A stretch of 64,000 bases of DNA, taken from positions 1 through 64,000 of the IMG/VR virus record IMGVR_UViG_3300044837_000097; one strand, given 5' to 3'. This document shows, piece by piece, positions 14,361-24,333 of this stretch. Below the pieces are notes generated by a model. That model was not told the origin of the DNA. It did no database searches and saw only the letters and a program-made list of their open reading frames with translations. The stretch's first letter is position 1, and every line of letters begins with the position of its first letter. The stretch is from a virus. Position numbers and translations under genes: made by a program.

Positions 14361-16607
14361 ATGGGTTTGACAGCAGCGCAGAGAAAGGCAAACCAGAGAG
14401 CACGCGAAAAGGGCATACCCGAGCCGTTCGGCGTGGAGTACGTCAGCAAAGTTGTGCAAGCGAAAGAATCTGCCGCTGAAAAGGAAAGCAGCGTGCGTCG
14501 TTTGCTCGACGAGGTTGCGGCACAGGATGCGATAGGAAAGAGATTCAAGAGCGAAGCGCGCAGTCTGACACGTCTTGTACGTATCTTCTACGGGCAACCG
14601 GAGAGTGGAGACGTAGACGGTGCAGAGGCCAGCGAGAGCACGCCAAAGAAGACCAAAGGTCCGAAGCGCGTCAACCCTTCCGAGACCCGGGTTCGTATTC
14701 AGAATACCCAAGCTGACCCTCTTGAACGAGGCAAAGGCCGTCGTCGTTCTCTCGAAGGCACAGAGTACGAGACGGACGACATCGTCGGATTCTGGCGCTG
14801 GCTTGAGTTGCGTGACCGTGCGCGTAAAGACTTGTTCTGGCTGGGCCGCGTGCTCGGCAAGGGCTTGTACCGCTCCGTTCACCAAATTATCTGCGACCAG
14901 TTCGTTCCAAAGAATTTTGGGGGCGCGTGGTTGAACTCGGACGGCGCGGAAGATACGACTCGTCCAACGATTGAGCCGTACTACTTCGAGGGCTACACAC
15001 TCGACGACTTCCACGATGCAATCGACGACCACCACCAGTGGCGCGACCACGAAATGATGTTACTTGACTCTCGTGGATTTTACAAGAGCACCATCGACGG
15101 AGTTGACGCGGTGCAGTGGTTGTTGAACTGCCCGGACATTCGCATCCTCATCTTGACGGGTGAGTACAAGCTGGCCGTCAAGTTCCAAAGCGAAATCAAA
15201 AAGTATTTTCACCTTGCAGAAGGACAGGAACCGGGAGCGATTCACTTGTTGTTTCCCGAGTACGTTCTGTACGGCAAGGAAGGTACCTCGGACAGTCCGT
15301 TAGAATGTCCGGCCCGCATGTTGAACCAAGGCGAACCCTCGCTGTGGGTTAACTCGATTGTCGCGAACCTTTCTGGTTGGCACTGCGACATCAAAAAGGG
15401 CGACGATATTGTTACCGACGAGAACTCAAATAGCGACGACTCTCGCGAGAAGTTGAAAGAGAAGTACGACGGTACCGACGACCTTTTGGACCCGCACGGG
15501 TTCATGGACCACATCGGCACCCGCTACTTCACTGACGACTGGTACGGTATGCGCCTGTCACCGGATAAAGAGACCGGGCAGGTTGCGCCGATTAAGTATT
15601 TCAAGCGCGGATGCTGGGTAATCAAACCAGAATACGCGAACATTAAGTTGAGCCAATTAACCGAGGATATGGTCGAATTGACCTTCCCTCAGCGTTGGAG
15701 CTTCAACAAACTCCGCTCACTTCTGTTGAAGAAGATGGCGGGCACTGGCAGTGACCGCGCCTTCCGCAATCAGCAGATGAACGAACCTACTGACGCGATG
15801 GAAGACAGCGGGTTCCGCATCAGCTTCGATGAAGCTACGATGCGCAAGCACATGTACCCGGGCGAGACCGCGCCGAAGCATGGCGAGACCTTCATTGTTT
15901 GGGACTGGGCGCTGTCGGACAAGAAGACATCGGATTATTCAGTGGGCGTCGTTGGCCGACTGTACAAGAGCGACACAGGACTGTGGTCGTTCTCAATCCT
16001 AGAAATAGTTTACGATAAGTGGAAGTATAGTGAACTCGCCTTTCAAATCGTGCTTCTCGCAAAGAAGTGGGGTCCAAAGGTGACGATGGTTGAGCAGTCG
16101 AACGGGTACGAAATGCTACGCGACGAAATCATCCGCGTCGGCAATAAGTACGGTTACCAGCCATATATTTACGCGAAACCGCCGTCTCGTCAGGAGAACG
16201 CAAAGCGCAACCGCATCAAGTCGCTTGAAATTCTTTTGAATGAAAACCGGCTCCACTTCGTGATGGGTCCGTGGATTGACGAGACCATCAAACAGTTTAC
16301 CCAGTACACCGGGGAGAAGAAGAACAAAGGCCGTAAGGACGACATCCCGGACGCCGCTTCTTACCTCGTGTACTTCATTCCGGCAGATTCAAGACCGAGC
16401 CCAGAAGGTTCGGACCCGGAAGAAGAGAAGAGACTAGAGGAAGAACAAACCAAGCAGGCAGCCAAACAATACCACTATGGTCGCTACTTTGGTCAGCATC
16501 TTCCCACCAATAAGCAGGCCGGACCCGTCATTGAAGAGGTTGCCGCGCCGAAGCCGCAGGACCCGCGCTTACGCTTGTTTGGAAAAAACGGGGCATTTAG
16601 AATGTGA
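14361..16607 (+). CDS. terminase large subunit
   Basis: SRGFYKST Walker A, GWHCDIKKGDD Walker B, IGTRY coupling motif, RNase H-like WDWA..DYS..KDDIPDA. Confidence 0.92.
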   Translation: MGLTAAQRKANQRAREKGIPEPFGVEYVSKVVQAKESAAEKESSVRRLLDEVAAQDAIGKRFKSEARSLTRLVRIFYGQPESGDVDGAEASESTPKKTKGPKRVNPSETRVRIQNTQADPLERGKGRRRSLEGTEYETDDIVGFWRWLELRDRARKDLFWLGRVLGKGLYRSVHQIICDQFVPKNFGGAWLNSDGAEDTTRPTIEPYYFEGYTLDDFHDAIDDHHQWRDHEMMLLDSRGFYKSTIDGVDAVQWLLNCPDIRILILTGEYKLAVKFQSEIKKYFHLAEGQEPGAIHLLFPEYVLYGKEGTSDSPLECPARMLNQGEPSLWVNSIVANLSGWHCDIKKGDDIVTDENSNSDDSREKLKEKYDGTDDLLDPHGFMDHIGTRYFTDDWYGMRLSPDKETGQVAPIKYFKRGCWVIKPEYANIKLSQLTEDMVELTFPQRWSFNKLRSLLLKKMAGTGSDRAFRNQQMNEPTDAMEDSGFRISFDEATMRKHMYPGETAPKHGETFIVWDWALSDKKTSDYSVGVVGRLYKSDTGLWSFSILEIVYDKWKYSELAFQIVLLAKKWGPKVTMVEQSNGYEMLRDEIIRVGNKYGYQPYIYAKPPSRQENAKRNRIKSLEILLNENRLHFVMGPWIDETIKQFTQYTGEKKNKGRKDDIPDAASYLVYFIPADSRPSPEGSDPEEEKRLEEEQTKQAAKQYHYGRYFGQHLPTNKQAGPVIEEVAAPKPQDPRLRLFGKNGAFRM

Positions 16608-16648
16608 AAGTCTTCTTAACACGAGTTGCAACTTGTGTTAAGACTTAA

Positions 16649-16704
16649 GATTAGGGAAGTTGTGCCAGTAACACGGCTTCCTTAATCACTCTTTACTGGA
16701 GAGA
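16649..16704 (+). promoter_or_regulatory. RBS-occluding pseudoknot
   Basis: long stem with loop CCAGTAA complementary to TTACTGG overlapping SD. Confidence 0.75.
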
Positions 16705-17334
16705 ATGATGTCGAAAAACCCTTTATGCAAACACGGCGATTTATATTATTGTAAACAGTGTGGTGGAAAAGGCCGCTGCCCGCATGGGCGAATTCGTTAC
16801 TCTTGCAAAGACTGCAATGTTTTGGGTACGGGCGGCGAGGCTATTTGTGAACATAATAATCGCCGATACCGGTGTGTAGAGTGTAAGGTTTTAGGAGTTG
16901 GTGGAAGTTCTCTGTGTGAACACAATAAAGTTAAACGAAACTGTATTCAATGTGGCGGTGCCGGAATTTGTGAGCACGGCAGGCAGAAAAGTAATTGTAA
17001 GAAATGCAGTGGTTTTGTTCGTTTGGCAAGAACGATGCACCAATCTGCTAAAAAGAGAGCAAAGAAGAAAAGTCTCCCTTTTGAGTTGTCGGTACAAGAT
17101 GTTTTAGATTTAATCGGGAGTGGAATTTGTCCTATTTTTGGTACGCCGTTCGAAACAGGATTTGGTCTTCATAAAACATCGGCATCTCTTGATAGATTTA
17201 AGCCCGAGTTGGGTTACACCAAAGAAAATTGTTCGGTTATTTCCCATTTGGCTAACGCAATGAAGCAGGGCGCAAACGCGGACGAAATTCAGCGTTTGGC
17301 GGATTGGGTGCGCTCAAAAGAAAAGACTCAATAG
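16705..17334 (+). CDS. free-standing HNH-type endonuclease with CxH..CxxC repeats
   Basis: five CxH..CxxC repeats; CPIFG..SLDRF..GYTKENC..AN.MK. Confidence 0.82.
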   Translation: MMSKNPLCKHGDLYYCKQCGGKGRCPHGRIRYSCKDCNVLGTGGEAICEHNNRRYRCVECKVLGVGGSSLCEHNKVKRNCIQCGGAGICEHGRQKSNCKKCSGFVRLARTMHQSAKKRAKKKSLPFELSVQDVLDLIGSGICPIFGTPFETGFGLHKTSASLDRFKPELGYTKENCSVISHLANAMKQGANADEIQRLADWVRSKEKTQ

Positions 17335-17353
17335 GAATATCAGGTGAATCGTA

Positions 17354-19492
17354 ATGGCAGAGTTTGAACCGGAAGTAGTTGGCGCGCGTGACGAAAAAGA
17401 GGCGCAGATTGCTGCGTTGTATCAGGACCCAGCAAACGAAATCACCGCCGAGAACACGTATATCGACAGCGAGACCGGAACCATTCAGCTCAACGACGAA
17501 GCGGCTATTCGCCTCGTATTGACCGACACCGACACGGCTGACAACTTTATCAACGTCAACCAGTGGGCATCAGGCTGGACGATGGCGGACTTGTTGTACC
17601 AGTCCCCGGTATCCGGTGACGGCTCGGGAAACACAACCGACGTTGTGAGTTCTGCCGTTCCGAAGTTCATGGTATCGAATCACATCTCGTCGATTGTGCC
17701 GAAGATTATGGGCGGCATCTTCTACGAGGACCCGTGCTTCATGCTGCGTCCGTCACCGGGCACCACGCCGCAGGTCATCCAAGCGAAGACCGCCGTCTTC
17801 ACTTTTCAATTGAAGGCTATGCGCTACGAAGAAGAAGTAGAGCGCGGACTGGAACAGATGGCGTTGCTTGGCACCGCAATTTGGAAGTGGGGCTATACCG
17901 AGTACGACAAGACGCTCAAGAAATACAAGCGTTACGCCGACCAGCAACAGATTACTGACGGCGGCGAGACGGTGTCGATTGACACGCCGTCGTCGGACGA
18001 CTTCGAGATTGAATTCTACTCGAAGAAGGTCTCTCACCCGTGGATTAAGTTCTGCGACCTCCGCACGGTCCTTGTGGACCCGGGATGCCGCGTGGGCGAC
18101 ATCCGCGCAGCGAAGTGGGTTGTCTACCGCGATTACGCGACGTACGACGACCTGAATAAACTTCGCGGGCTAGAAGGCTACAACATCCCAGAAGAAGATG
18201 TTCTCAAGGCGATGTTCATGCGCCCGGTCAACCCGGGTAAGCCCGACAACATTTCGATGACCCTGCCGGAAGGCATGATGGGCTACTTGCAGCACAGTCG
18301 CCCGAGAAACATCAAGACCTCAGCAGACCCGACTCGCCAACCTCTAGAAATTCTGGAGCGTTGGGATAATGAGAAGGTCATGGTGGTCCTGATTTATAAC
18401 GGTCACAACATTCTTATTCGCAACGAAGCGAATCCTTACGGGAAGATTCCGTTCTTCTCGGCAAACTGGCGCAACATCCCGGACAGCTTCTACGGTCAGG
18501 GTCTTGGCCTGCTAATCGGCAGCGAGCAAATCGTTGAGCAAGGCGTAACAAACCTCGCACTCGACCTGCTTGCCTACTGCTTGCAGCCCGTGGCTCTACG
18601 TAAGAAAGGATTCAACGCACCAACGCAGAACACACGATGGGAACAGGGCGGCATTATCGACGTTGAAGAAGACGTTGAGAAGGCGTTCAAGTTCCTACAA
18701 ATGCCGACGCCTCCGCAAGAAGCGTTTGCCTTCATCCAGCAATCACAGAGCGCGGGCGCTGCCACATCAGGCGCGAACGAGCAGGTTATGCAGGGCGCAG
18801 GGCACGCGGGCATTTCGACGACAGGCATGAGAAGTGGTACTGGCGCGGCGGCTGTTATCAGCGCGAACGCCAGCCGTCTCGACGGCCCAACGGGCCGTTT
18901 CGTCCGCCAAGTGTTCGAGCCGTGGTTGCATCAGATGGACGATTTGAACAACGACCTTCTACCGACTCAAGTCATGAAGGATATTCTTGGCGAAGAGTTG
19001 GGCGGGTCGATTAAGCTGGACCACATCGAGTACAGAAACTCGTCGGTCAAGTATGAAGTTCTGGCGGGAGCCAACCTCGGTGCCAAGAAGGAAATGGCAC
19101 AGGCTCTACCGTTCATCATTCAGTTGATGACCAACCCAGTCTTCGTGAAGAACGCGAACGACGCCGGATACCAGTTCGACGCAATCGCAATCTTCCAAGC
19201 GTTCGTGGACGCAGCAGGCTGGAAGTTCTCTCAGGCTTTTCTACGCAAGATGTCGGACAAAGAAGCCCAGCAGTTTCAGGCGAACAGTCCAGCAGCACTC
19301 GCGCAACAGCAGGCCAAGAACGCACAAGCCGCCGCAGACCAGAAGTTCAAGCAGGAACAGACTCTCGAAAACCAGAAGCAACTCGGCAAAGCCGGAAACG
19401 AGGCGGTACGCGCTTCTATCGAGAAGGCTACACTGCCAGCACTTATGGGTACACCACAAGTCGCTGGTTTTGGCCAAGTCACGGCTTTATAA
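17354..19492 (+). CDS. portal protein
   Basis: 712 aa after terminase; VDP..A.W and PDSFYGQG motifs of podovirus portals. Confidence 0.88.
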   Translation: MAEFEPEVVGARDEKEAQIAALYQDPANEITAENTYIDSETGTIQLNDEAAIRLVLTDTDTADNFINVNQWASGWTMADLLYQSPVSGDGSGNTTDVVSSAVPKFMVSNHISSIVPKIMGGIFYEDPCFMLRPSPGTTPQVIQAKTAVFTFQLKAMRYEEEVERGLEQMALLGTAIWKWGYTEYDKTLKKYKRYADQQQITDGGETVSIDTPSSDDFEIEFYSKKVSHPWIKFCDLRTVLVDPGCRVGDIRAAKWVVYRDYATYDDLNKLRGLEGYNIPEEDVLKAMFMRPVNPGKPDNISMTLPEGMMGYLQHSRPRNIKTSADPTRQPLEILERWDNEKVMVVLIYNGHNILIRNEANPYGKIPFFSANWRNIPDSFYGQGLGLLIGSEQIVEQGVTNLALDLLAYCLQPVALRKKGFNAPTQNTRWEQGGIIDVEEDVEKAFKFLQMPTPPQEAFAFIQQSQSAGAATSGANEQVMQGAGHAGISTTGMRSGTGAAAVISANASRLDGPTGRFVRQVFEPWLHQMDDLNNDLLPTQVMKDILGEELGGSIKLDHIEYRNSSVKYEVLAGANLGAKKEMAQALPFIIQLMTNPVFVKNANDAGYQFDAIAIFQAFVDAAGWKFSQAFLRKMSDKEAQQFQANSPAALAQQQAKNAQAAADQKFKQEQTLENQKQLGKAGNEAVRASIEKATLPALMGTPQVAGFGQVTAL

Positions 19493-19537
19493 ACTAATCA
19501 GGGTGGGGCTTCGGCCCCTCTTATAAGGAAGTACCCA

Positions 19538-19912
19538 ATGGCAGAACGTGAACTACTCGGCGCAACCCTTTCATATGAGGAGCGCATCGCTGTCGCACAG
19601 CTATCGCAGCAACCGGGCTGGCAGATTTTGGTTCGAATGATTGCCGAAGCGTGCCGCAACGCGACAGAAGCAGTCATCAGGTTGGACCCTCAGACAGAGC
19701 GTTATCAGGACAAGGTCGTGGCGCTGCAAACAACCGCACGAGCCATGAACAAGTTTAGTGCGGCGGTCCTTGATTCAGTCAAGGTTCATCAGCGCACCGC
19801 AGTAAGAGAAGCACAGCGTAAGGAAAACCCAGTGGTGGAAGGCGAAGTGCCGAACCGCTTTAAGGGATTCCGTATGCCAACGACACAATCTCCCTCCGAG
19901 GGAGCGAAGTAA
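19538..19912 (+). CDS. small head-module protein following portal
   Basis: position; L..QPGWQIL motif. Confidence 0.65.
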   Translation: MAERELLGATLSYEERIAVAQLSQQPGWQILVRMIAEACRNATEAVIRLDPQTERYQDKVVALQTTARAMNKFSAAVLDSVKVHQRTAVREAQRKENPVVEGEVPNRFKGFRMPTTQSPSEGAK

Positions 19913-19926
19913 GAATCAAATTCTAG

Positions 19927-21228
19927 GTGGACAAAATGAGTTCAATCACTCGCGAGCAGGTCTTGGCTATCAAGACATTTGCCGAAGTTGCAAAGCTGTT
20001 GAAGGAAAGTCCGGACGAGATGCGCCCGATTATGAAGGGTGAAGTTCTAGTCCACATCCAGTCGCTCATCAATGCGCGCAACGTGCAGCTTGCTGGGCAG
20101 GAGACCGAGGTTGACCGCCAACTGGCGTTGAACAACCCTCCTTCGACGGAAGAGTTGGCCGAGCAAGCCGCAGCCGTGGCAGCAGAGTCTGCCGCTGTTG
20201 TGCCGCCTGTCGTCGAGGCGACGCCGCCAGCCACAGTTGACCACACCGAGGAAGACGCGTCGTGGAAGACCGAAGGCGTGACCGTGCAGCGTGATGCGCA
20301 AGGCAAGATTGTTCGCATGGTCCAAGAGTATCAGGTTCGTGATGATGACGACTCTCCGATTGGTCGTCCGACGCACCTTGAGGCCCGTACGCCGTACGAG
20401 TTGCTCTCGAAGCAGCGCGTGGCTCACGAGAACGCGACCCGTGCGTTCCACCGCTTGAAGAAGCAGAAGTTGACCTTTAAGCAGACCGAAGAAAATCGTT
20501 TGCTGACTCCCGCCGAGATTAGTGCGGCAGCAACCAAGGCACTCGAAGGCAAAGACGCCGCCGAGGCCGAGAAGATTGTACGCAGCGTGCTTGAGAACGA
20601 CTTCAAGCAGAAGGAAACCGCGCTGCTAAATGAACGCGAATACGCGGAAGGACAGAAGATTGGAAACACCTTCATCCGCCGCCACTTGCACGACTTCAAT
20701 GCGAACGAAGCAAACTTGAAGGCGCTTGGTGAGTATCTTCGCGAGCATAACATGGAATTTACGTTGGACAACTTGGAGGCCGCATTCATCGACCTCCGAG
20801 ACCAAGGTAATAAACTCGCCGCCGTTAACGCGGCGGTAACAAGACCAGCGGAGTCGGCTAATACCCCGGCAACCGCGACTCCCGCAGCAGCGCCAACGTC
20901 GGAACTCCCGGCGACGGCACCGGCAGCGGCAGTGACACCACCAGTAGTAGCCCAACCAGCGGCTGCCGTAAGCCAGCCAGTAGTTGAAGCAACGGTATCT
21001 ACGCCTGTCGCGCCGAATCCGGCACCAGCGACCCGTAGACCGGGAGTGAACGGGAGCATTACTCCGGGAACGATGAGCGCACATCGTCCGGGAGCAGTGG
21101 ACCCGGCGCTCGCGCGCAAAGAGTTTATGAAGGAACTCAAGGCCATGACATCGGACCAAATTCGCAAGAAGCTAAACGACTCTCAGTTCGTGAAGCAGCT
21201 TGAGACGTACGGCGTCAAGGTTCGCTAA
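19927..21228 (+). CDS. scaffolding protein
   Basis: helical, Ala/Pro-rich linker, short C-terminal helix, directly upstream of capsid. Confidence 0.75.
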   Translation: MDKMSSITREQVLAIKTFAEVAKLLKESPDEMRPIMKGEVLVHIQSLINARNVQLAGQETEVDRQLALNNPPSTEELAEQAAAVAAESAAVVPPVVEATPPATVDHTEEDASWKTEGVTVQRDAQGKIVRMVQEYQVRDDDDSPIGRPTHLEARTPYELLSKQRVAHENATRAFHRLKKQKLTFKQTEENRLLTPAEISAAATKALEGKDAAEAEKIVRSVLENDFKQKETALLNEREYAEGQKIGNTFIRRHLHDFNANEANLKALGEYLREHNMEFTLDNLEAAFIDLRDQGNKLAAVNAAVTRPAESANTPATATPAAAPTSELPATAPAAAVTPPVVAQPAAAVSQPVVEATVSTPVAPNPAPATRRPGVNGSITPGTMSAHRPGAVDPALARKEFMKELKAMTSDQIRKKLNDSQFVKQLETYGVKVR

Positions 21229-21271
21229 AACCCTCTCCCGCAAACGCGGAGATTAGCTTGCAGAGTGAACT

Positions 21272-24200
21272 ATGTCTGGACCAAATCCAGCAGCATCAAA
21301 CGTAGCAAACGTCCTAACGGCGCAAGCCATCATCAAAAAGGTGACACTCTAAAACAACTTGACTGAAAGAGTCAAATGTGCTAGAATAGACAATCTCTTC
21401 TTATTGACTTGAAACCTGAAACGGCAACAAGGCGGAAGCCGAAAGGCACCGTGAGAGACTAAGCGAAGAGACGCCGAAAGGCGATGCGATAGTCCGTTCT
21501 TCCGAGAAAACAATCGGAAGAAGCAAGCAGAAATGACTTGCTCTCTGGAATACACCAGAGTAACAAAACAGCTTCGACAAGGAACTTATCCCTATCGCGT
21601 AAGCGAGCAAGTTCCGAAGGAATGACATGAAGGTACGAAACATCGTTGGACAGACTTTTGGGAGACTGGCCGCCCAGAGTGCCGCAGGCAGTAACAGCAG
21701 GGGGCGAGCACTGTGGTTGTGTCGTTGTTCTTGTGGCAAAGAGAAAATAGTTCTCGGAGACCACTTAACACGAAAGGATGCCAAAGGCGTAAGGTCTTGC
21801 GGATGTTTACAGCAAGAGAATCGTACAAAGCATGGAGCATTTTCTTCAAATTCAGATATAAAATACCACGTTCGTTATTCTCTTCTGGCAGGCTTGAAGG
21901 ACAGAAGCCGCAGAAGGGGCTACGAATCAGACTTAGAAATCTCCGACATACCCGAGATTCCTGAGCTTTGTCCCGTTCTTGGGACTCGTTTGAGTTTGCA
22001 CCGAAACAGCCACGGCAAAGGAAAAGGCAGAGGCAGAAATAGACAAGACGCCTCTCCATCAATAGACAGATTTAATTCAAATCTTCCGTACCTTAAAAAG
22101 TACAAAGATAATCTGTGTATTATTTCGTGGCGAGCAAACAAGCTAAAGTCAGACGCGTCTCTTGTCGAGATGAAGAAAGTGGTGGAATATCTTGAAAATT
22201 GGGGCACTCAGCAGAGTGAAAAATCTTCTCTAATTGACTCGAAACCCAACCAAATCGGGGGCAACGAGGCGGAAGCGAATAGCGCCGTGAGAGACTAATC
22301 GAGAAGACGCCGAGAGGCGATGTAATAGTCCGGTCTAACAAATGAAAATTGTTAGAGGCAGGCGGAAACGACCAGTCCCGTGATGGGCGTCACGGTAACA
22401 TATACGAACCTAAAGGGTAATACAAACGCCTTCGTTGGAGCAGCAGAGCGTCGTGTTCAGGGCCTTCACATGGGCATCAACCGTACGTTCTTCCAGTACA
22501 ACACGCTATCGGGTGACATCACCCAGAAGGCGGACGGTACTGTAGGCTCGCCGGAAACCATCACCCAGTTGAGCGCACCCGCTCAAATCGGTGAGTGGAA
22601 AAACTAAGTTATTCCACTATAAACTCAGCTATATCAAATTAGGTCTTGACAAACCGCAAAGGCTCTTGTTAAGATGAGTTTGAGGAAACTCTAAATGGAA
22701 AAGAAAGCGTGGCCGTATGTGGCCGGATTGCTAGATGCAGAAGGGACAATCCAGATTGGCGTCGATAGAAGGCCAGACGGCGTAATCGGGATGTCGCTTC
22801 AAATTATCATCACTAATACCGACACTCGACTGATGAAGTGGCTTAGTTCAAACTTCGGGGGGAAGTTCTACCGAAGGAAGAACACTCGCGGCTTTTCATC
22901 GAGCGAGTCTCCCGATATTTACTTTTGGTGGCTTTTCGGTAAAGAAAAACAAGAAGCATTTCTTCTCGGTATCCTTCCTTTTCTCAAAACAAAGAAACAA
23001 GAGGCCCTTCTGGGTCTTGAGTTTGTTCGTTTGGTCGGGTGGAATAAAGAAAGAAAACTTCAAATAGCGGAAGAAATGAAAGCCGCTAAGGTTAGTGATG
23101 TAGAGAAAGATAGGCAAGTTAATCTGACAAGGCTTACCCCCGCAGAAGACTCGGCATACGCCGCAGGGCTTTTTGATGGGGATGGTTCAATCGGCTCAAG
23201 CGTAGAGATTACTCAAAAGAGGATTCTTCTGATGAGGTGGCTCTTGATGTGCTTTGGCGGAAGGTTTAACCAACGCAGCATGAACGGCGGTAAAACTTTT
23301 TTCAGGTGGCGTCTCTCAGGAAAGAAAAACAAAGAGTTGTTTCTTCTTGATTTGATTCCTCATCTTGTTATTAAACGGGACAGTGCAAGAGCATTGCTCG
23401 CTTCTCTTAGAGCATCAAAGAGTTCCGCAACGACTGACATGTTGAGTACTTCGCAAGAAGTGAAGACACAGTCTGAACTTACTGGTGACAGTAAGAGCGA
23501 CCCTGTGAAGACACAGGACTCCATAAACAAAAAGTAACTTCGCGAACTTTTCGTCGTTCGCAATTGCAGCAGCAATTGACGAACTCGTTGGCAACAGCGC
23601 CGTGGAACTTGGCTACCAAGCTGGGCAGTCCATCAGCGAGTTGTACAGCGCAGTAGCAGACAGCGCCAACTCGGTTGACTCACAGGTTAACCAGTCATCG
23701 TTGCTTGCATCTCCGTACACGCTTGACCTTGGCACCATCCGTGAGTTGAAGCAGCAGCTTGTTTCAAAGAACGTGTTGCCGTGCAAGCGCGGTATGTTCT
23801 TGGGCGCAATTAGCCCGAACGTGTTGGGCGACATTTACAATGCAACGACTGTGAACAACAGCATCGTTGACTTGTGGAAGTACGAGAACATGGAGAAGTA
23901 CGACCAGATGGCAGGTTCGGACCAGAACAAGGTCATCGTGTTGCCGGGTACCAACATCGGCTTCATGCAGACCCCGTTCGTGACCACGACTGCTAACTAC
24001 CAGTCAACAGGCAAAATTGGCTACCGCACATACGTGTTCGGTAACTACGCCATGATTGGTGTGTGGTTGCAGGTACCGGGCGACACCGACCTTGACGACG
24101 GTGACTGGAAGACGATTGACTGCCGCGTCGTAACCGACGCGCCGATGTCATCGTTTGACCCAGTTTCGACGATTGGCGGATGGTGTTCGTACAAATTTCA

Positions 24201-24282
24201 TCAAACCGTTACGTTGCCACCGGCAACGGGAACAAACACGCAGCGTATCCGCTACGTAGATTCGGTTCCGGCCATTCAGTAA
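21272..24282 (+). CDS. major capsid protein, spliced: exons 21272-21333, 21572-21593, 22407-22600, 23535-24282 (341 aa)
   Basis: joined exons give one open 1026-nt frame MSGPNP..AIIFDKELIPNLKG..QIGEWNNFANFSS..ELGYQAGQS..VPAIQ; position after scaffold. Confidence 0.88.
21334..21571 (+). mobile_element. group I intron 1 (ORF-less, 238 nt)
   Basis: P1 with U:G (TCAT|C / GGTGA), P3 CTCTTC/GAAGAG, P7 GACTA/TAGTC, terminal G. Confidence 0.9.
21359..21387 (+). promoter_or_regulatory. sigma70 promoter inside intron 1
   Basis: TTGACT-17nt-TAGAAT with extended -10 TG. Confidence 0.6.
21594..22406 (+). mobile_element. group I intron 2 with endonuclease ORF in P1 loop
   Basis: exon CCCT|A pairs with TGGGG at ~22200; P2 CACTC/GAGTG; P3 CTTCTC/GAGAAG; P7 GACTA/TAGTC; terminal G. 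Confidence 0.88.
21627..22298 (+). CDS. intron-encoded HNH-type homing endonuclease
   Basis: GQTFGRL..WLCRCSCG..SCGC N-domain; CPVLG..SIDRF..NLCIISWRANKLK. Confidence 0.88.
   Translation: MKVRNIVGQTFGRLAAQSAAGSNSRGRALWLCRCSCGKEKIVLGDHLTRKDAKGVRSCGCLQQENRTKHGAFSSNSDIKYHVRYSLLAGLKDRSRRRGYESDLEISDIPEIPELCPVLGTRLSLHRNSHGKGKGRGRNRQDASPSIDRFNSNLPYLKKYKDNLCIISWRANKLKSDASLVEMKKVVEYLENWGTQQSEKSSLIDSKPNQIGGNEAEANSAVRD
22601..23534 (+). mobile_element. group I intron 3 with LAGLIDADG ORF in P6
   Basis: IGS GTTATTCCAC complementary to ligated exons GTGGAA|TAAC; P3 ACTCAGC/GTTGAGT; P6 GGAAACTCT/AGAGTTCC; P7 GACTG/CAGTC; terminal G. Confidence 0.82.
22646..22675 (+). promoter_or_regulatory. sigma70 promoter inside intron 3
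   Basis: TTGACA-18nt-TAAGAT with TG extension, 20 nt before ORF. Confidence 0.6.
22695..23537 (+). CDS. double-motif LAGLIDADG homing endonuclease
   Basis: YVAGLLDAEG and YAAGLFDGDG. Confidence 0.92.
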   Translation: MEKKAWPYVAGLLDAEGTIQIGVDRRPDGVIGMSLQIIITNTDTRLMKWLSSNFGGKFYRRKNTRGFSSSESPDIYFWWLFGKEKQEAFLLGILPFLKTKKQEALLGLEFVRLVGWNKERKLQIAEEMKAAKVSDVEKDRQVNLTRLTPAEDSAYAAGLFDGDGSIGSSVEITQKRILLMRWLLMCFGGRFNQRSMNGGKTFFRWRLSGKKNKELFLLDLIPHLVIKRDSARALLASLRASKSSATTDMLSTSQEVKTQSELTGDSKSDPVKTQDSINKK

Positions 24283-24333
24283 CTAAATAGTTACTATGAC
24301 GAACTTCCCACGGGCTTATAATCCGTGGCTTAC

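Noticed and set aside
14361-16607. Intein or intron in terminase
   Set aside because: No intein terminal motifs or intron core seen; ATPase and nuclease motifs are in normal order
23602-24282. Stand-alone 226-aa capsid gene
   Set aside because: It is part of exon 4; the frame is open upstream to the intron boundary and there is no convincing RBS
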